The notes below the pieces were generated by a model. It did not search any database and was not told where the DNA came from. It was given only the letters and a program-made list of their open reading frames with translations. From a virus (taxonomy: Duplodnaviria; Caudoviricetes): a stretch of DNA of 64,000 nucleotides. Of the stretch, positions 1-7,555 are shown one piece after another. The stretch's first letter is position 1. Each line of letters begins with the position of its first letter. The DNA is taken from IMG/VR virus record IMGVR_UViG_3300037851_000542, positions 64,001 to 128,000 of that record; one strand, given 5' to 3'. The translations under genes were made by a program, and so were the position numbers.

Positions 1-1
1 A

Positions 2-142
2 CATTGCATAAGAAGAATTTTCGAACTTTTTACTAGTATACCAGACAAGATCTATATTACTATCGGCAAAGTAAAATGTTTTATCCTTAGCAATAAATAA
101 CATAAAACATTCAAACAAAAGTTTTAATAATGAAATAAGCAT
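2..142 (-). CDS. hypothetical protein, runs off the left edge (partial)
   Basis: Read by hand: ATG at 142 gives MLISLLKLLFECFMLFIAKDKTFYFADSNIDLVWYTSKKFENSSYAM, open to the window edge and co-oriented with the neighbouring minus-strand genes. Not in the ORF track. Confidence 0.4.
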   Translation of the reverse strand, partial: MLISLLKLLFECFMLFIAKDKTFYFADSNIDLVWYTSKKFENSSYAM

Positions 143-176
143 TATAGTTATGTATGACGCTATAACGAATTTCAAA

Positions 177-545
177 TTAAAAACCTTTGATGAATATTAA
201 AGCTTCATTGATTTTACTTAGCAGTTCTTTTTTGCCCTCAATAAGAATACCGGAATCTCGATTAGCACTCTCCCCTTTTAAAGTTATTAATAAATAAGTA
301 GCTTTAAAAGATATGGTTTTTATGTCCCCTGTATTAAAGAGTTCAGATCTTATTGCGAAAGCTTGTCTCCCCTCAGGGTACTCCTCTAACTGAATAAAAC
401 CTCTTTGTAGTTTTTTTAATGACCAAAAAGCTGGTAAATCGGAGTAAGTATTGTGATAAAATCCTGCTGAATCAGAAATATAAAGCGTTTTTGCATCATA
501 CCAGCAATTATATTGAATATAATAAGTAGGTTCTTCTTGTGCCAT
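177..545 (-). CDS. hypothetical protein
   Basis: 122 aa ORF, co-oriented with neighbours, no recognisable motif. Confidence 0.7.
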   Translation of the reverse strand: MAQEEPTYYIQYNCWYDAKTLYISDSAGFYHNTYSDLPAFWSLKKLQRGFIQLEEYPEGRQAFAIRSELFNTGDIKTISFKATYLLITLKGESANRDSGILIEGKKELLSKINEALIFIKGF

Positions 546-576
546 ATTAACTAACTCTAAATCTTTTTCAAACTAT

Positions 577-813
577 TCAAGGATTGCCTGTCCAAGCTGA
601 CTCTAACTCTAAGTCTTGTTCAAGCTCTTCTAACCTAGCCTCTAGTAATAATATTTTGTTAGCAGTTTCTACTCTCTTATCATTAAGAAGATCTAATACA
701 TTATTTAATCTATCTATGTAACCTTGTAATAAAGATTCTACTACTTGATTATCACTTTCCATTTGCCTGATTACATATTTTAACTGTCCTTCAATTTCCC
801 TAAATGATGCCAT
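577..813 (-). CDS. hypothetical coiled-coil protein
   Basis: 78 aa ORF with heptad-like Leu/Glu pattern; AAGGA upstream of ATG. Confidence 0.75.
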   Translation of the reverse strand: MASFREIEGQLKYVIRQMESDNQVVESLLQGYIDRLNNVLDLLNDKRVETANKILLLEARLEELEQDLELESAWTGNP

Positions 814-850
814 AATTTATCCTTTTTAATTATTTAATTATTTAATTAAC

Positions 851-867
851 CGATAATTATATTATCG
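851..867. promoter_or_regulatory. operator-like palindrome CGATAAT-tat-ATTATCG
   Basis: Perfect 7-bp inverted repeat in the intergenic gap upstream of 577..813; contains a minus-strand TATAAT. Confidence 0.3.
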
Positions 868-898
868 ACAGGATAATGTTTTTTCTTTAGGTATTTAT

Positions 899-1183
899 TT
901 AACTATGAGGCAAAGTGGATGAATAGATGTCTTTTAGTGCTGTAGCTTCTTGTAGAGTAAAATCAAGCAGTAACATAAAATATGCCAATCCTAGTACCGC
1001 CATAGTTGCTAACACAGTTACTACTGTATATTTTGCAGACTTAATAAAACAACAATCAAGAGATGTTAGTTCAATAATAGCACTAAACAAGGCAACTAAC
1101 CCACCACAAGCGCTAATAACCATCGCTGTCAATATAAAAACTCTAATAATTAAATAAATCACAAATTGTGTAAAAGCGTCCAT
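899..1183 (-). CDS. small membrane protein with two predicted TM segments
   Basis: 94 aa, two long hydrophobic stretches, AAGGA upstream. Confidence 0.7.
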   Translation of the reverse strand: MDAFTQFVIYLIIRVFILTAMVISACGGLVALFSAIIELTSLDCCFIKSAKYTVVTVLATMAVLGLAYFMLLLDFTLQEATALKDIYSSTLPHS

Positions 1184-1304
1184 ATTTTTATGCGTCCTTT
1201 AGTTTTTAAAATTACTACATACCTATCCCATAGTACTTGTTGAGAAATTAGTTATTCAACTAAATTACCACATTTTACGGTAGATTCACAATAGTACCAG
1301 ATAC

Positions 1305-1343
1305 AAAAAAACCTAGGTAGGTCCGATTGGACCTACCTAGGTT
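1305..1343 (-). terminator. Rho-independent terminator
   Basis: Perfect 15-bp stem AACCTAGGTAGGTCC-gatt-GGACCTACCTAGGTT (1310-1343) followed on the minus strand by a 7-T run; lies just downstream of 1371..2612. Confidence 0.85.
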
Positions 1344-1370
1344 AAAGGATTAACTAATGCGATTTAAGTA

Positions 1371-2612
1371 TTATTTATCAGCACATACCTTATTTTTACA
1401 CTTTTGGATCTCTTTTTGAAGTCTTTCTAGGTCTGATTTAGTCGCAGCAATTCCTGGTCCTTGTGTGTTGCAGTACTTGCGTGCTGCTCTTTGAGCTGGT
1501 GCGGCAAAGTCTACATATAACTTTACTGACAACTTTTTAAGTTTTCTAATTAAAGTCTTATTTTCTGTTACTACACATTCTCCTGGGCACAAGTACACTT
1601 CTGTGATTAAGGAATCTACTAGATTTTTAAATGCGTCCCATACTTGTTTAGACTTTTTAGTGTAATCTAGCTTTGGTGCCCCGCAACTTTCTGCTTTACT
1701 GCTGTAAATTTCAGTTTTGGTAACTAAAATTTTAGATTTTGAAAGTAGCGCACTTACGTCAGTTTTTGTATAGTAAGGTTCTGGTATACAACCTGCAACG
1801 GTAGGCTCTACAACTGGAATCTCTGTGGGCACTTCAGTAGGTACTTCAGTCTGTACGATTATTACTGTAGGCGCAATCGTAGGTTCAGATGTGGGTACAG
1901 TAGTAGGCGTTTCAGAGGGTATTGCGGTTGGTGTATTTGTAATCGCTACGGTTGGCGTTTTCGATGGAGTGCTAGACGGAGTACTTGTAACCACCTTAGT
2001 CGGAGTACGAGACGGCACTGTTGTAGGAGTACTTGTCGATACTTTAGTAGGTGTCTTAGACGGAGTGCTTGTTGGCGTACTTGTAACCACCTTAGTAGGA
2101 GTATTAGACGGTACTTTTGTTGGAGTGCTTGTAGGCACTTTTGTAGGCGTGGCGCTTGGAGCACAGACAGTAGGGGTATTTGTTGAAACCGCTGTAGGAG
2201 TGCTTGTTGGCGACTTAGTAGGAGTTTTTGAAGGTGTTCTAGTAGGAGTAGGAGTAGGAGTAGCACATACATTTGAGTTAGGGTTTGTAAACTGCTGCCC
2301 TAGTCCGTTTACAGTGCTGTTGCACCCGCTCTTAATAAAAACTGTAGTTATAGGTTTTTGAGTACTGTAAGTTTTAGTATAACCTGACAAGTTATCATAT
2401 TTAATTTCAGTGTCGTCGCAAAACCTAATAATAACATTGGACAATTCCTTATTAGAGCTAACCGTTACTGAGGTATTACTATTAAATATAGCCGAAGGGG
2501 TTGATAAGCAACTACTGTCTTCAAAAGTCTCCTGTGTTTGAGCCTGTAGAACAGGTTGCTCTATAATAAGAAGTAAAAGTAAACATAAGTATAAGATTCT
2601 ATTATTCATCAC
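1371..2612 (-). CDS. secreted Cys-containing protein with a long Pro/Thr-rich linker
   Basis: N-terminal signal peptide (RILYLCLLLLLII...LQA), small N-domain, about 155 aa of PT/PS repeats, and a Cys-containing C-domain. Confidence 0.85.
   Translation of the reverse strand: MMNNRILYLCLLLLLIIEQPVLQAQTQETFEDSSCLSTPSAIFNSNTSVTVSSNKELSNVIIRFCDDTEIKYDNLSGYTKTYSTQKPITTVFIKSGCNSTVNGLGQQFTNPNSNVCATPTPTPTRTPSKTPTKSPTSTPTAVSTNTPTVCAPSATPTKVPTSTPTKVPSNTPTKVVTSTPTSTPSKTPTKVSTSTPTTVPSRTPTKVVTSTPSSTPSKTPTVAITNTPTAIPSETPTTVPTSEPTIAPTVIIVQTEVPTEVPTEIPVVEPTVAGCIPEPYYTKTDVSALLSKSKILVTKTEIYSSKAESCGAPKLDYTKKSKQVWDAFKNLVDSLITEVYLCPGECVVTENKTLIRKLKKLSVKLYVDFAAPAQRAARKYCNTQGPGIAATKSDLERLQKEIQKCKNKVCADK
1795..2262 (-). 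repeat. coding low-complexity PTSTPTKV-type repeats
   Basis: Degenerate 8-aa units; exact 20-nt direct repeat gtacttgtaaccaccttagt at 1981-2000 and 2077-2096. Confidence 0.85.
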
Positions 2613-2652
2613 TGTGCCTTAAAATATTTAATTAAACAAAAAGTCCGATTTA

Positions 2653-2666
2653 AAGGTATTACGGCA
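2653..2666 (-). promoter_or_regulatory. candidate promoter motif TGCCG-N3-TAnnnT (copy 1)
   Basis: TGCCG-TAA-TACCTT upstream of 1371..2612; the same pattern occurs at 18625-18638 and 26117-26130. Confidence 0.35.
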
Positions 2667-2781
2667 TATATTTAAATAAACTTGAGTGAAAAATTAAAAA
2701 AATGCCTTGTTGAGTTGTTAGTTTTAACACTAAAATGGGCAAATAGCAACCTATTTGAGGAAAACAGACTATATCTTTTAA

Positions 2782-3162
2782 ATGGGAAAATTAAAATTAA
2801 AACACCTTACGCCAGAACAATATGAATTCTATAAGAAAAATATCTTTAACGGTGTGGGTACTAGTTTTGCTGGTATAAATCCTCCCGATTTTAAATTTGA
2901 AGAAGCAGCATTATATCACGATTTAGCCTATTGGGTTGGAGGTAATGAACTAGACAGGTTACAGGCTGACTTTATATTTTTTTATATAGGTGTAAAATGC
3001 ATTTTTAAATCACCTTGGTATATGTGGTTAGGGCTTTCAATAATTTTACCTATTTATAGTCTTTTTGTGTTATTATTCGGTTGGATCTCTTTTGAGTATG
3101 GTAAACCTTCTAAAAACTGGGAAGAACTTCTAGATAAATATAATAAATCTAAAACAAATTAA
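2782..3162 (+). CDS. prokaryotic/phage phospholipase A2-like protein with hydrophobic C-terminus
   Basis: NGVG...PDFKFEEAALYHDLAYWVGG...DRLQADFIF matches the NGCG...HD..Y..GG...R..AD pattern of sPLA2-like proteins. Confidence 0.55.
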   Translation: MGKLKLKHLTPEQYEFYKKNIFNGVGTSFAGINPPDFKFEEAALYHDLAYWVGGNELDRLQADFIFFYIGVKCIFKSPWYMWLGLSIILPIYSLFVLLFGWISFEYGKPSKNWEELLDKYNKSKTN

Positions 3163-3167
3163 AGCAC

Positions 3168-3196
3168 TTGTAACTTAAAAAAACTTAGTATATACT
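3168..3196 (+). promoter_or_regulatory. sigma70-type promoter upstream of the small ORF and uS2 unit
   Basis: TTGTAA (3168-3173), 17-nt spacer, TATACT (3191-3196). Confidence 0.6.
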
Positions 3197-3266
3197 GTTG
3201 TATATAAGCAAGAATTGCTTTACCATACTATCTAAATGTATAATTTTTAACTTGGATATCTAAAAT

Positions 3267-3368
3267 ATGATGTATTTTGTTATAGGATTTGTTACAGGAC
3301 TTGTTTTTCATAAATATAAAGATAAGCTATTAACTAAAGCTATATCCTTTTTAAAAAAGGATGAATAA
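3267..3368 (+). CDS. 33-aa single-pass membrane peptide coupled to uS2
   Basis: Read by hand: MMYFVIGFVTGLVFHKYKDKLLTKAISFLKKDE*; its TAA (3366-3368) overlaps the uS2 ATG (3368). Too short for the ORF track. Confidence 0.6.
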   Translation: MMYFVIGFVTGLVFHKYKDKLLTKAISFLKKDE

Positions 3369-4297
3369 TGGAACTTAGCAATAGTAACGAAAACGAGAAT
3401 AAAATTAGTAATTTATCTGAAATACCAGTATTTGAGGTAGGATTTCAATCCCTATTGGACGCTAAAGCCTTTTATGGTACCTCGTGTGATGACTGGAATC
3501 CTAAAAGTGCCCCTTTTATCCTGTGTACAAAAACCAATAGACAGCCTAAAAGAAAGGGAAGATCAAAACATACTTATTTAATTGATTTAAGTATAACATT
3601 AAAGTCTTGGAACCGCGCCAAACAGTTTATTGAAAATACCGCATCTGCGGGTGGCAATTTTATGTTTGTAGGTACCCAACCAGAAGCAGGCAAGCTAATA
3701 CGAAGATGCGCTGAACAAGTGGAGGCGCTTCATGTGACAAAAAAGTGGAAGGGAGGAACTCTAACTAATTTAAAAATAACTCTAAACTCTATAAAAAGAT
3801 TAGCTAATCTAGAAAAACTTATTAAAAAACTAGACGATGCCGAAGCAGAAGGTACTTCAATCAATAAGAAAGAATTAAATTTATTAAAAAAAGAACAAAT
3901 TAAACTAGATGAACAGTATGGTGGAATAAGAAAGTTAAAAAAACTACCTAGTGCTTTAATAGTTTTTAACATGCTAGAACATAAAACAGCAATATATGAA
4001 GCTAAAAAATTAGGAATACCTGTTATTTGCGTATCTGATACTTTGGGTAATCCTGAACTCTCTGAATATTTTATAGCCTGTAATACTTCCTCTACCTCAG
4101 CTTTAAGACTCTTTATTATAAATATGTTTTCTGCTATTGAAACGGGATACAGAAAAAGAGACTTTAAACTATCCCAAGAAAATTTAATTAAAGAATTTGA
4201 TACCTTAGAAGAAGATACTAATATGGTAGTGAGTATTACAGCTACTGATATTCCAGTGGTGTACAAAAATAACAAAAACAGCTTGACTGTTAAGTAA
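3368..4297 (+). CDS. rpsB: 30S ribosomal protein uS2 homologue (divergent)
   Basis: Collinear uS2 motifs: LLDAKAFYG...WNPK, LIDL..T, GGNFMFVGT, KWKGGTLTN, IKRL..LE, KKE...L.KE..KL....GGI, LPSAL, AIYEAKKLGIPVI.VSDT..NP. Confidence 0.9.
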   Translation: MELSNSNENENKISNLSEIPVFEVGFQSLLDAKAFYGTSCDDWNPKSAPFILCTKTNRQPKRKGRSKHTYLIDLSITLKSWNRAKQFIENTASAGGNFMFVGTQPEAGKLIRRCAEQVEALHVTKKWKGGTLTNLKITLNSIKRLANLEKLIKKLDDAEAEGTSINKKELNLLKKEQIKLDEQYGGIRKLKKLPSALIVFNMLEHKTAIYEAKKLGIPVICVSDTLGNPELSEYFIACNTSSTSALRLFIINMFSAIETGYRKRDFKLSQENLIKEFDTLEEDTNMVVSITATDIPVVYKNNKNSLTVK

Positions 4298-4363
4298 TTA
4301 CTTTATATAATTAAATAAACAATTAGTGTTTAATTAATGTAAATTAAAATTTTAAGGTAAATT

Positions 4364-4585
4364 ATGCAACAAGAAGAACTCCAAATGCAACTAAGAACGT
4401 TTGTTGAATCGCAATCAGAGCCTGTAACTAAGTCTATGTTTAGCAGAGAATTACGAAGGTTAACAAAAAACCCTAGAGTAGATTCTGGGGCTATTTTGCT
4501 TGAACTGGCTGACATTTTTGAAGTTGAAAAAGTAAGAAATACACCTAAAGGTAGACCTACTGAAGTAGTTAGACTAAGGTCTTAA
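4364..4585 (+). CDS. small basic protein, possibly winged-helix DNA/RNA-binding
   Basis: 73 aa; helical N-part and a wing-like TPKGRPTEVVRL end; AAGG upstream. Confidence 0.55.
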   Translation: MQQEELQMQLRTFVESQSEPVTKSMFSRELRRLTKNPRVDSGAILLELADIFEVEKVRNTPKGRPTEVVRLRS

Positions 4586-4627
4586 TACTACCAACAAGGC
4601 TACATTAGCCCAATCCTCTTGATACTA

Positions 4628-4661
4628 TTTATACTATAGGAAGATTGACCTATAGTATAAA
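4628..4661. promoter_or_regulatory. 13-bp inverted repeat carrying the ATACTATA motif on both strands
   Basis: TTTATACTATAGG-aagattga-CCTATAGTATAAA, 20 nt upstream of the tail fibre start. Confidence 0.5.
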
Positions 4662-4681
4662 ATATTTAAGGGGATTTTTTT

Positions 4682-6943
4682 ATGATTACATTACCTAGTG
4701 GATCAATTCTAGTACAAAGGGTTATAAACAATGATTTTATTGATACTAAACTAGAATCTGATTTAATTCCAGTTTCTGTAACAGGAATTAATTATATCAC
4801 TGCTGGTATTTCAGGTTCAAACTTGCAGGAACTTCTAGACGACATTGTAATCACTTTAGCAACCAGCGGAAATCTAACAGCATACTCCGGTTATGCTGAA
4901 ACCAATTTTGTTACAGTAACTGGAACTCAAAACGTAACAGGTGCAAAAACATTTACCAACACACTAACATTTAGTGGCAATGTGCTTCCCGCCACTTCCG
5001 GAACTTTAAATATAGGATCTGATACTCTTGCAACTGCTAGTGTATTTACAAGAAATGTTTCAAGTGATGTAGGACAAAGTTTAACCCTTAAGACCGGCAG
5101 TGCTGGTGCTTTATGGGTTATATCCACAGATTCTATTGGAGTAAAATCATCCTTAAGTAGCTCTAACCAGGTTGGAGTAATAGGTCTAAATACTACTGAC
5201 GGTTCTGATAATGGCAGGTTAGAGTTAAGAGGTTATAGTGCTGATGGTTTTCCTAGCCCTTCTACAAGAGGAGGGGCTATATATTTAAACGGTAATGAAA
5301 ATAGCGGTACTGTCGGTATACTAGCAGGATCGTCTGGAAATATAGAATTTAGCACAGATAATACTGAAAGATGGAGAATTGCTACTAACGGGACACTGAT
5401 CAACCCGCAATCTGGTATATCAGCAATTCAATGGAGCGCTGCTAGTTCAGTTGGTAGAATTTTAGGGGCAACAAACAACACTGGACGGTTACAAATTGCC
5501 TCTGCTTCTTTGCCTGATAATACTTTGGGACCTTATATTGATATGAATGCAGCCACAGGGGACTGTAGTATTGTTGGTAAGACTGGGTTTGGAGTTGTGC
5601 TAAACACAGCAGGTGGAAACACGCTTACCGCGAACAGCAATGGGACTGTTAGTATAAACACTACTAATAACTCTGACGTGTTAAACGTACAAACCAATTC
5701 GCCCGATCAAGGAATAACAATAGACGGTTTTGGTAGTGGTACAAGAGCCCAACTTACTTTAAAATCTACAGGTACTACACAGGCTTGGATATCTTGTGAC
5801 AATGGGGCTTTTGCAACCGGGTATAATGGGGCTCTGATTTGTGCATCGACATCAGCAATAGTCTTATTTTCGAACGGTGCAAGTAGGTGGGTTGTTGATC
5901 CTTCTGGAAACGTTCTGCCATACGCCAATACTACTTATGATATCGGTAGTGGTAGTAATGCTTGCCGAATAGTACATACAAGAAATTTAATTAGTGATAC
6001 CGGACAAAACTTGGGTATCGAAGGAAAAAGTGAAATTTACTTTTACACAGGAGGAAGCTCTTCTATTAGGTGGGCATTTTCATCAGCTGGTCATTTTGTG
6101 CCTATCCTAAACCAAGGTTATAATATAGGAGTAGGCGGATCAAACGCTGTGGGATCTATTTTTGCTGTAAACTATTTTGGACCATCAGATATAAACAGAA
6201 AGAGAGATATATCTTCTTCTGATTATGGACTAAATGTTTTAAAACAAATTACACCTATAAAATACAAATATAAGAAGTTTAAATTAAAAACAGTTGACAA
6301 CAAACAGGTAGAAGACTTAGAAGATGAAGATACTCAAGGGGTCTCTAATAAACCACTACAGTTGGGGCTGAGTGCACAAGAAGTAAAAAATTTAATACCT
6401 GAGGCTGTAGTAGGAGATGAAGAAGATTTTAGCCTTTCTATCGACTATACTAAATTAATACCTGTATTAATTAAAGCAATTCAAGAGTTGGACTGTGAAC
6501 ATAAGCCAGTATTTCCTTGTCATTCTGGTTATAGTCCTGTTTTAAATGATATTGTTACTTTGAACTCTGAACTTAAAATTATTGCAAGTACTGAAGCACA
6601 ATCAACTACATCCTTGGGGCTTGTAGGAGAAATTTTAGGTGTAATGCCTTCAGGTACTACTATTGTAGATGCGTTTAATAATAGTTATATATACAACGGG
6701 GTAGTATCTTATAACCTCTGCTCATTAAACTTAAATGGTATTGTTAATAATATCAAAGTATCATCAGAGGGAGGTAACATTGTAGAAGGAGACCTTTTGT
6801 GTACCTCTAGTGTTAGCGGATGTCTTATGAGACAGTCTACAGATTCAGTAAAATCATATTCAATTGCACGGGCTCTAGTTCCAGTTACTTTTAGCGGTGG
6901 GGTCACAGTAATTTCAGGAGTAACAGCTAAAATGTTTAATTAA
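4682..6943 (+). CDS. tail fibre protein with intramolecular chaperone (peptidase S74) domain
   Basis: Gly/Ser/Thr/Asn-rich beta-repeat shaft; PSDINRKRDI...GLSAQEV...IDYTKLIPVLIKAIQEL (about 6185-6490) plus about 150 aa of extra C-terminus; AGGGG RBS. Confidence 0.85.
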   Translation: MITLPSGSILVQRVINNDFIDTKLESDLIPVSVTGINYITAGISGSNLQELLDDIVITLATSGNLTAYSGYAETNFVTVTGTQNVTGAKTFTNTLTFSGNVLPATSGTLNIGSDTLATASVFTRNVSSDVGQSLTLKTGSAGALWVISTDSIGVKSSLSSSNQVGVIGLNTTDGSDNGRLELRGYSADGFPSPSTRGGAIYLNGNENSGTVGILAGSSGNIEFSTDNTERWRIATNGTLINPQSGISAIQWSAASSVGRILGATNNTGRLQIASASLPDNTLGPYIDMNAATGDCSIVGKTGFGVVLNTAGGNTLTANSNGTVSINTTNNSDVLNVQTNSPDQGITIDGFGSGTRAQLTLKSTGTTQAWISCDNGAFATGYNGALICASTSAIVLFSNGASRWVVDPSGNVLPYANTTYDIGSGSNACRIVHTRNLISDTGQNLGIEGKSEIYFYTGGSSSIRWAFSSAGHFVPILNQGYNIGVGGSNAVGSIFAVNYFGPSDINRKRDISSSDYGLNVLKQITPIKYKYKKFKLKTVDNKQVEDLEDEDTQGVSNKPLQLGLSAQEVKNLIPEAVVGDEEDFSLSIDYTKLIPVLIKAIQELDCEHKPVFPCHSGYSPVLNDIVTLNSELKIIASTEAQSTTSLGLVGEILGVMPSGTTIVDAFNNSYIYNGVVSYNLCSLNLNGIVNNIKVSSEGGNIVEGDLLCTSSVSGCLMRQSTDSVKSYSIARALVPVTFSGGVTVISGVTAKMFN

Positions 6944-6945
6944 GT

Positions 6946-6979
6946 TAAAATAGCATAGCCCAAAGGCTATGCTATTTTA
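6946..6979. terminator. bidirectional intrinsic terminator
   Basis: Perfect 15-bp stem TAAAATAGCATAGCC-caaa-GGCTATGCTATTTTA between the convergent tail fibre and ssb genes. Confidence 0.85.
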
Positions 6980-6982
6980 CAC

Positions 6983-7465
6983 CTAAAATGGGGCATCCAC
7001 TTCCCAATGCTCATTATTAGATTCTGTATGATTTATTGGACCTTTTACAGTAGCAGTTCGATTCTCAAAAGGATTAATCTGCTGTGTGTCTGAATTACTA
7101 TTAACCTTCTTTTTTAAACTTTTAACTTCAAAATCAATATCAAAAGCTACAATCTCTACTCTTCTAATACTAGTTTCTTCTATTGCTCCGGTTTTAGTGT
7201 TTAGTGCATTAATTTTATAATTATAAGAGCTAAGTTTCCCTCTTAGTGTAATTTGATCACCTTTTGATAACAAGTTAGAAACTCTATCTGCTTGACTACC
7301 ATATACTACAATATTATGCCACTCAGTAGATTCTTGTTTAGAATCACTATTATATTCATTAGTTGCTAGTGTAAATGCTGCATAAGAAGTACCTTTAGCA
7401 GTTTCTTTGCGTACAGGATCTTTTCCTATACGTCCTGATAGTATTACAAAATTCATATTTCCCAT
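6983..7465 (-). CDS. ssb: single-stranded DNA-binding protein
   Basis: MNFVILSGRIGKDP...AAFTLATNE...TEWHNIVVYG...GDQITLRGKL OB-fold and acidic tail ending EVDAPF. True start is probably 7465 or 7456 rather than the TTG at 7528. Confidence 0.92.
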   Translation of the reverse strand: MGNMNFVILSGRIGKDPVRKETAKGTSYAAFTLATNEYNSDSKQESTEWHNIVVYGSQADRVSNLLSKGDQITLRGKLSSYNYKINALNTKTGAIEETSIRRVEIVAFDIDFEVKSLKKKVNSNSDTQQINPFENRTATVKGPINHTESNNEHWEVDAPF

Positions 7466-7499
7466 TTTGCTGCCTATAAAAAAACAAGTTAATATAGGA

Positions 7500-7528
7500 A
7501 TTATATACGGATGTTTAGTTAACAGCAA
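7500..7528 (-). promoter_or_regulatory. sigma70-type promoter of ssb
   Basis: TTGCTG (7528-7523), 17-nt spacer, TATAAT (7505-7500). Confidence 0.6.
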
Positions 7529-7555
7529 GTGCTAATTTTGAATTAAATATACTAT

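Noticed and set aside
927-1157. 76-aa plus-strand ORF
   Set aside because: It lies entirely antisense to 899..1183, which has an RBS and a membrane-protein pattern.
1184-1304. Possible ncRNA or tRNA in the intergenic gap (TTAGTT-attc-AACTAA hairpin)
   Set aside because: Only short AT-rich stems are present; there is no cloverleaf or T-loop motif.
1795-2262. Possible CRISPR-like or tandem DNA array
   Set aside because: The repeats are degenerate, in-frame and explained by the encoded PT linker; there is no constant repeat with unique spacers.
1825-2361. 178-aa Val/Gly-rich plus-strand ORF, and 1946..2272 on the minus strand
   Set aside because: These are antisense and alternate-frame shadows of the Pro/Thr repeat gene 1371..2612.
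3730-4515. Minus-strand ORFs 3730..4275 and 4330..4515
   Set aside because: They are antisense to the uS2 homologue and the 73-aa gene and have no motifs.
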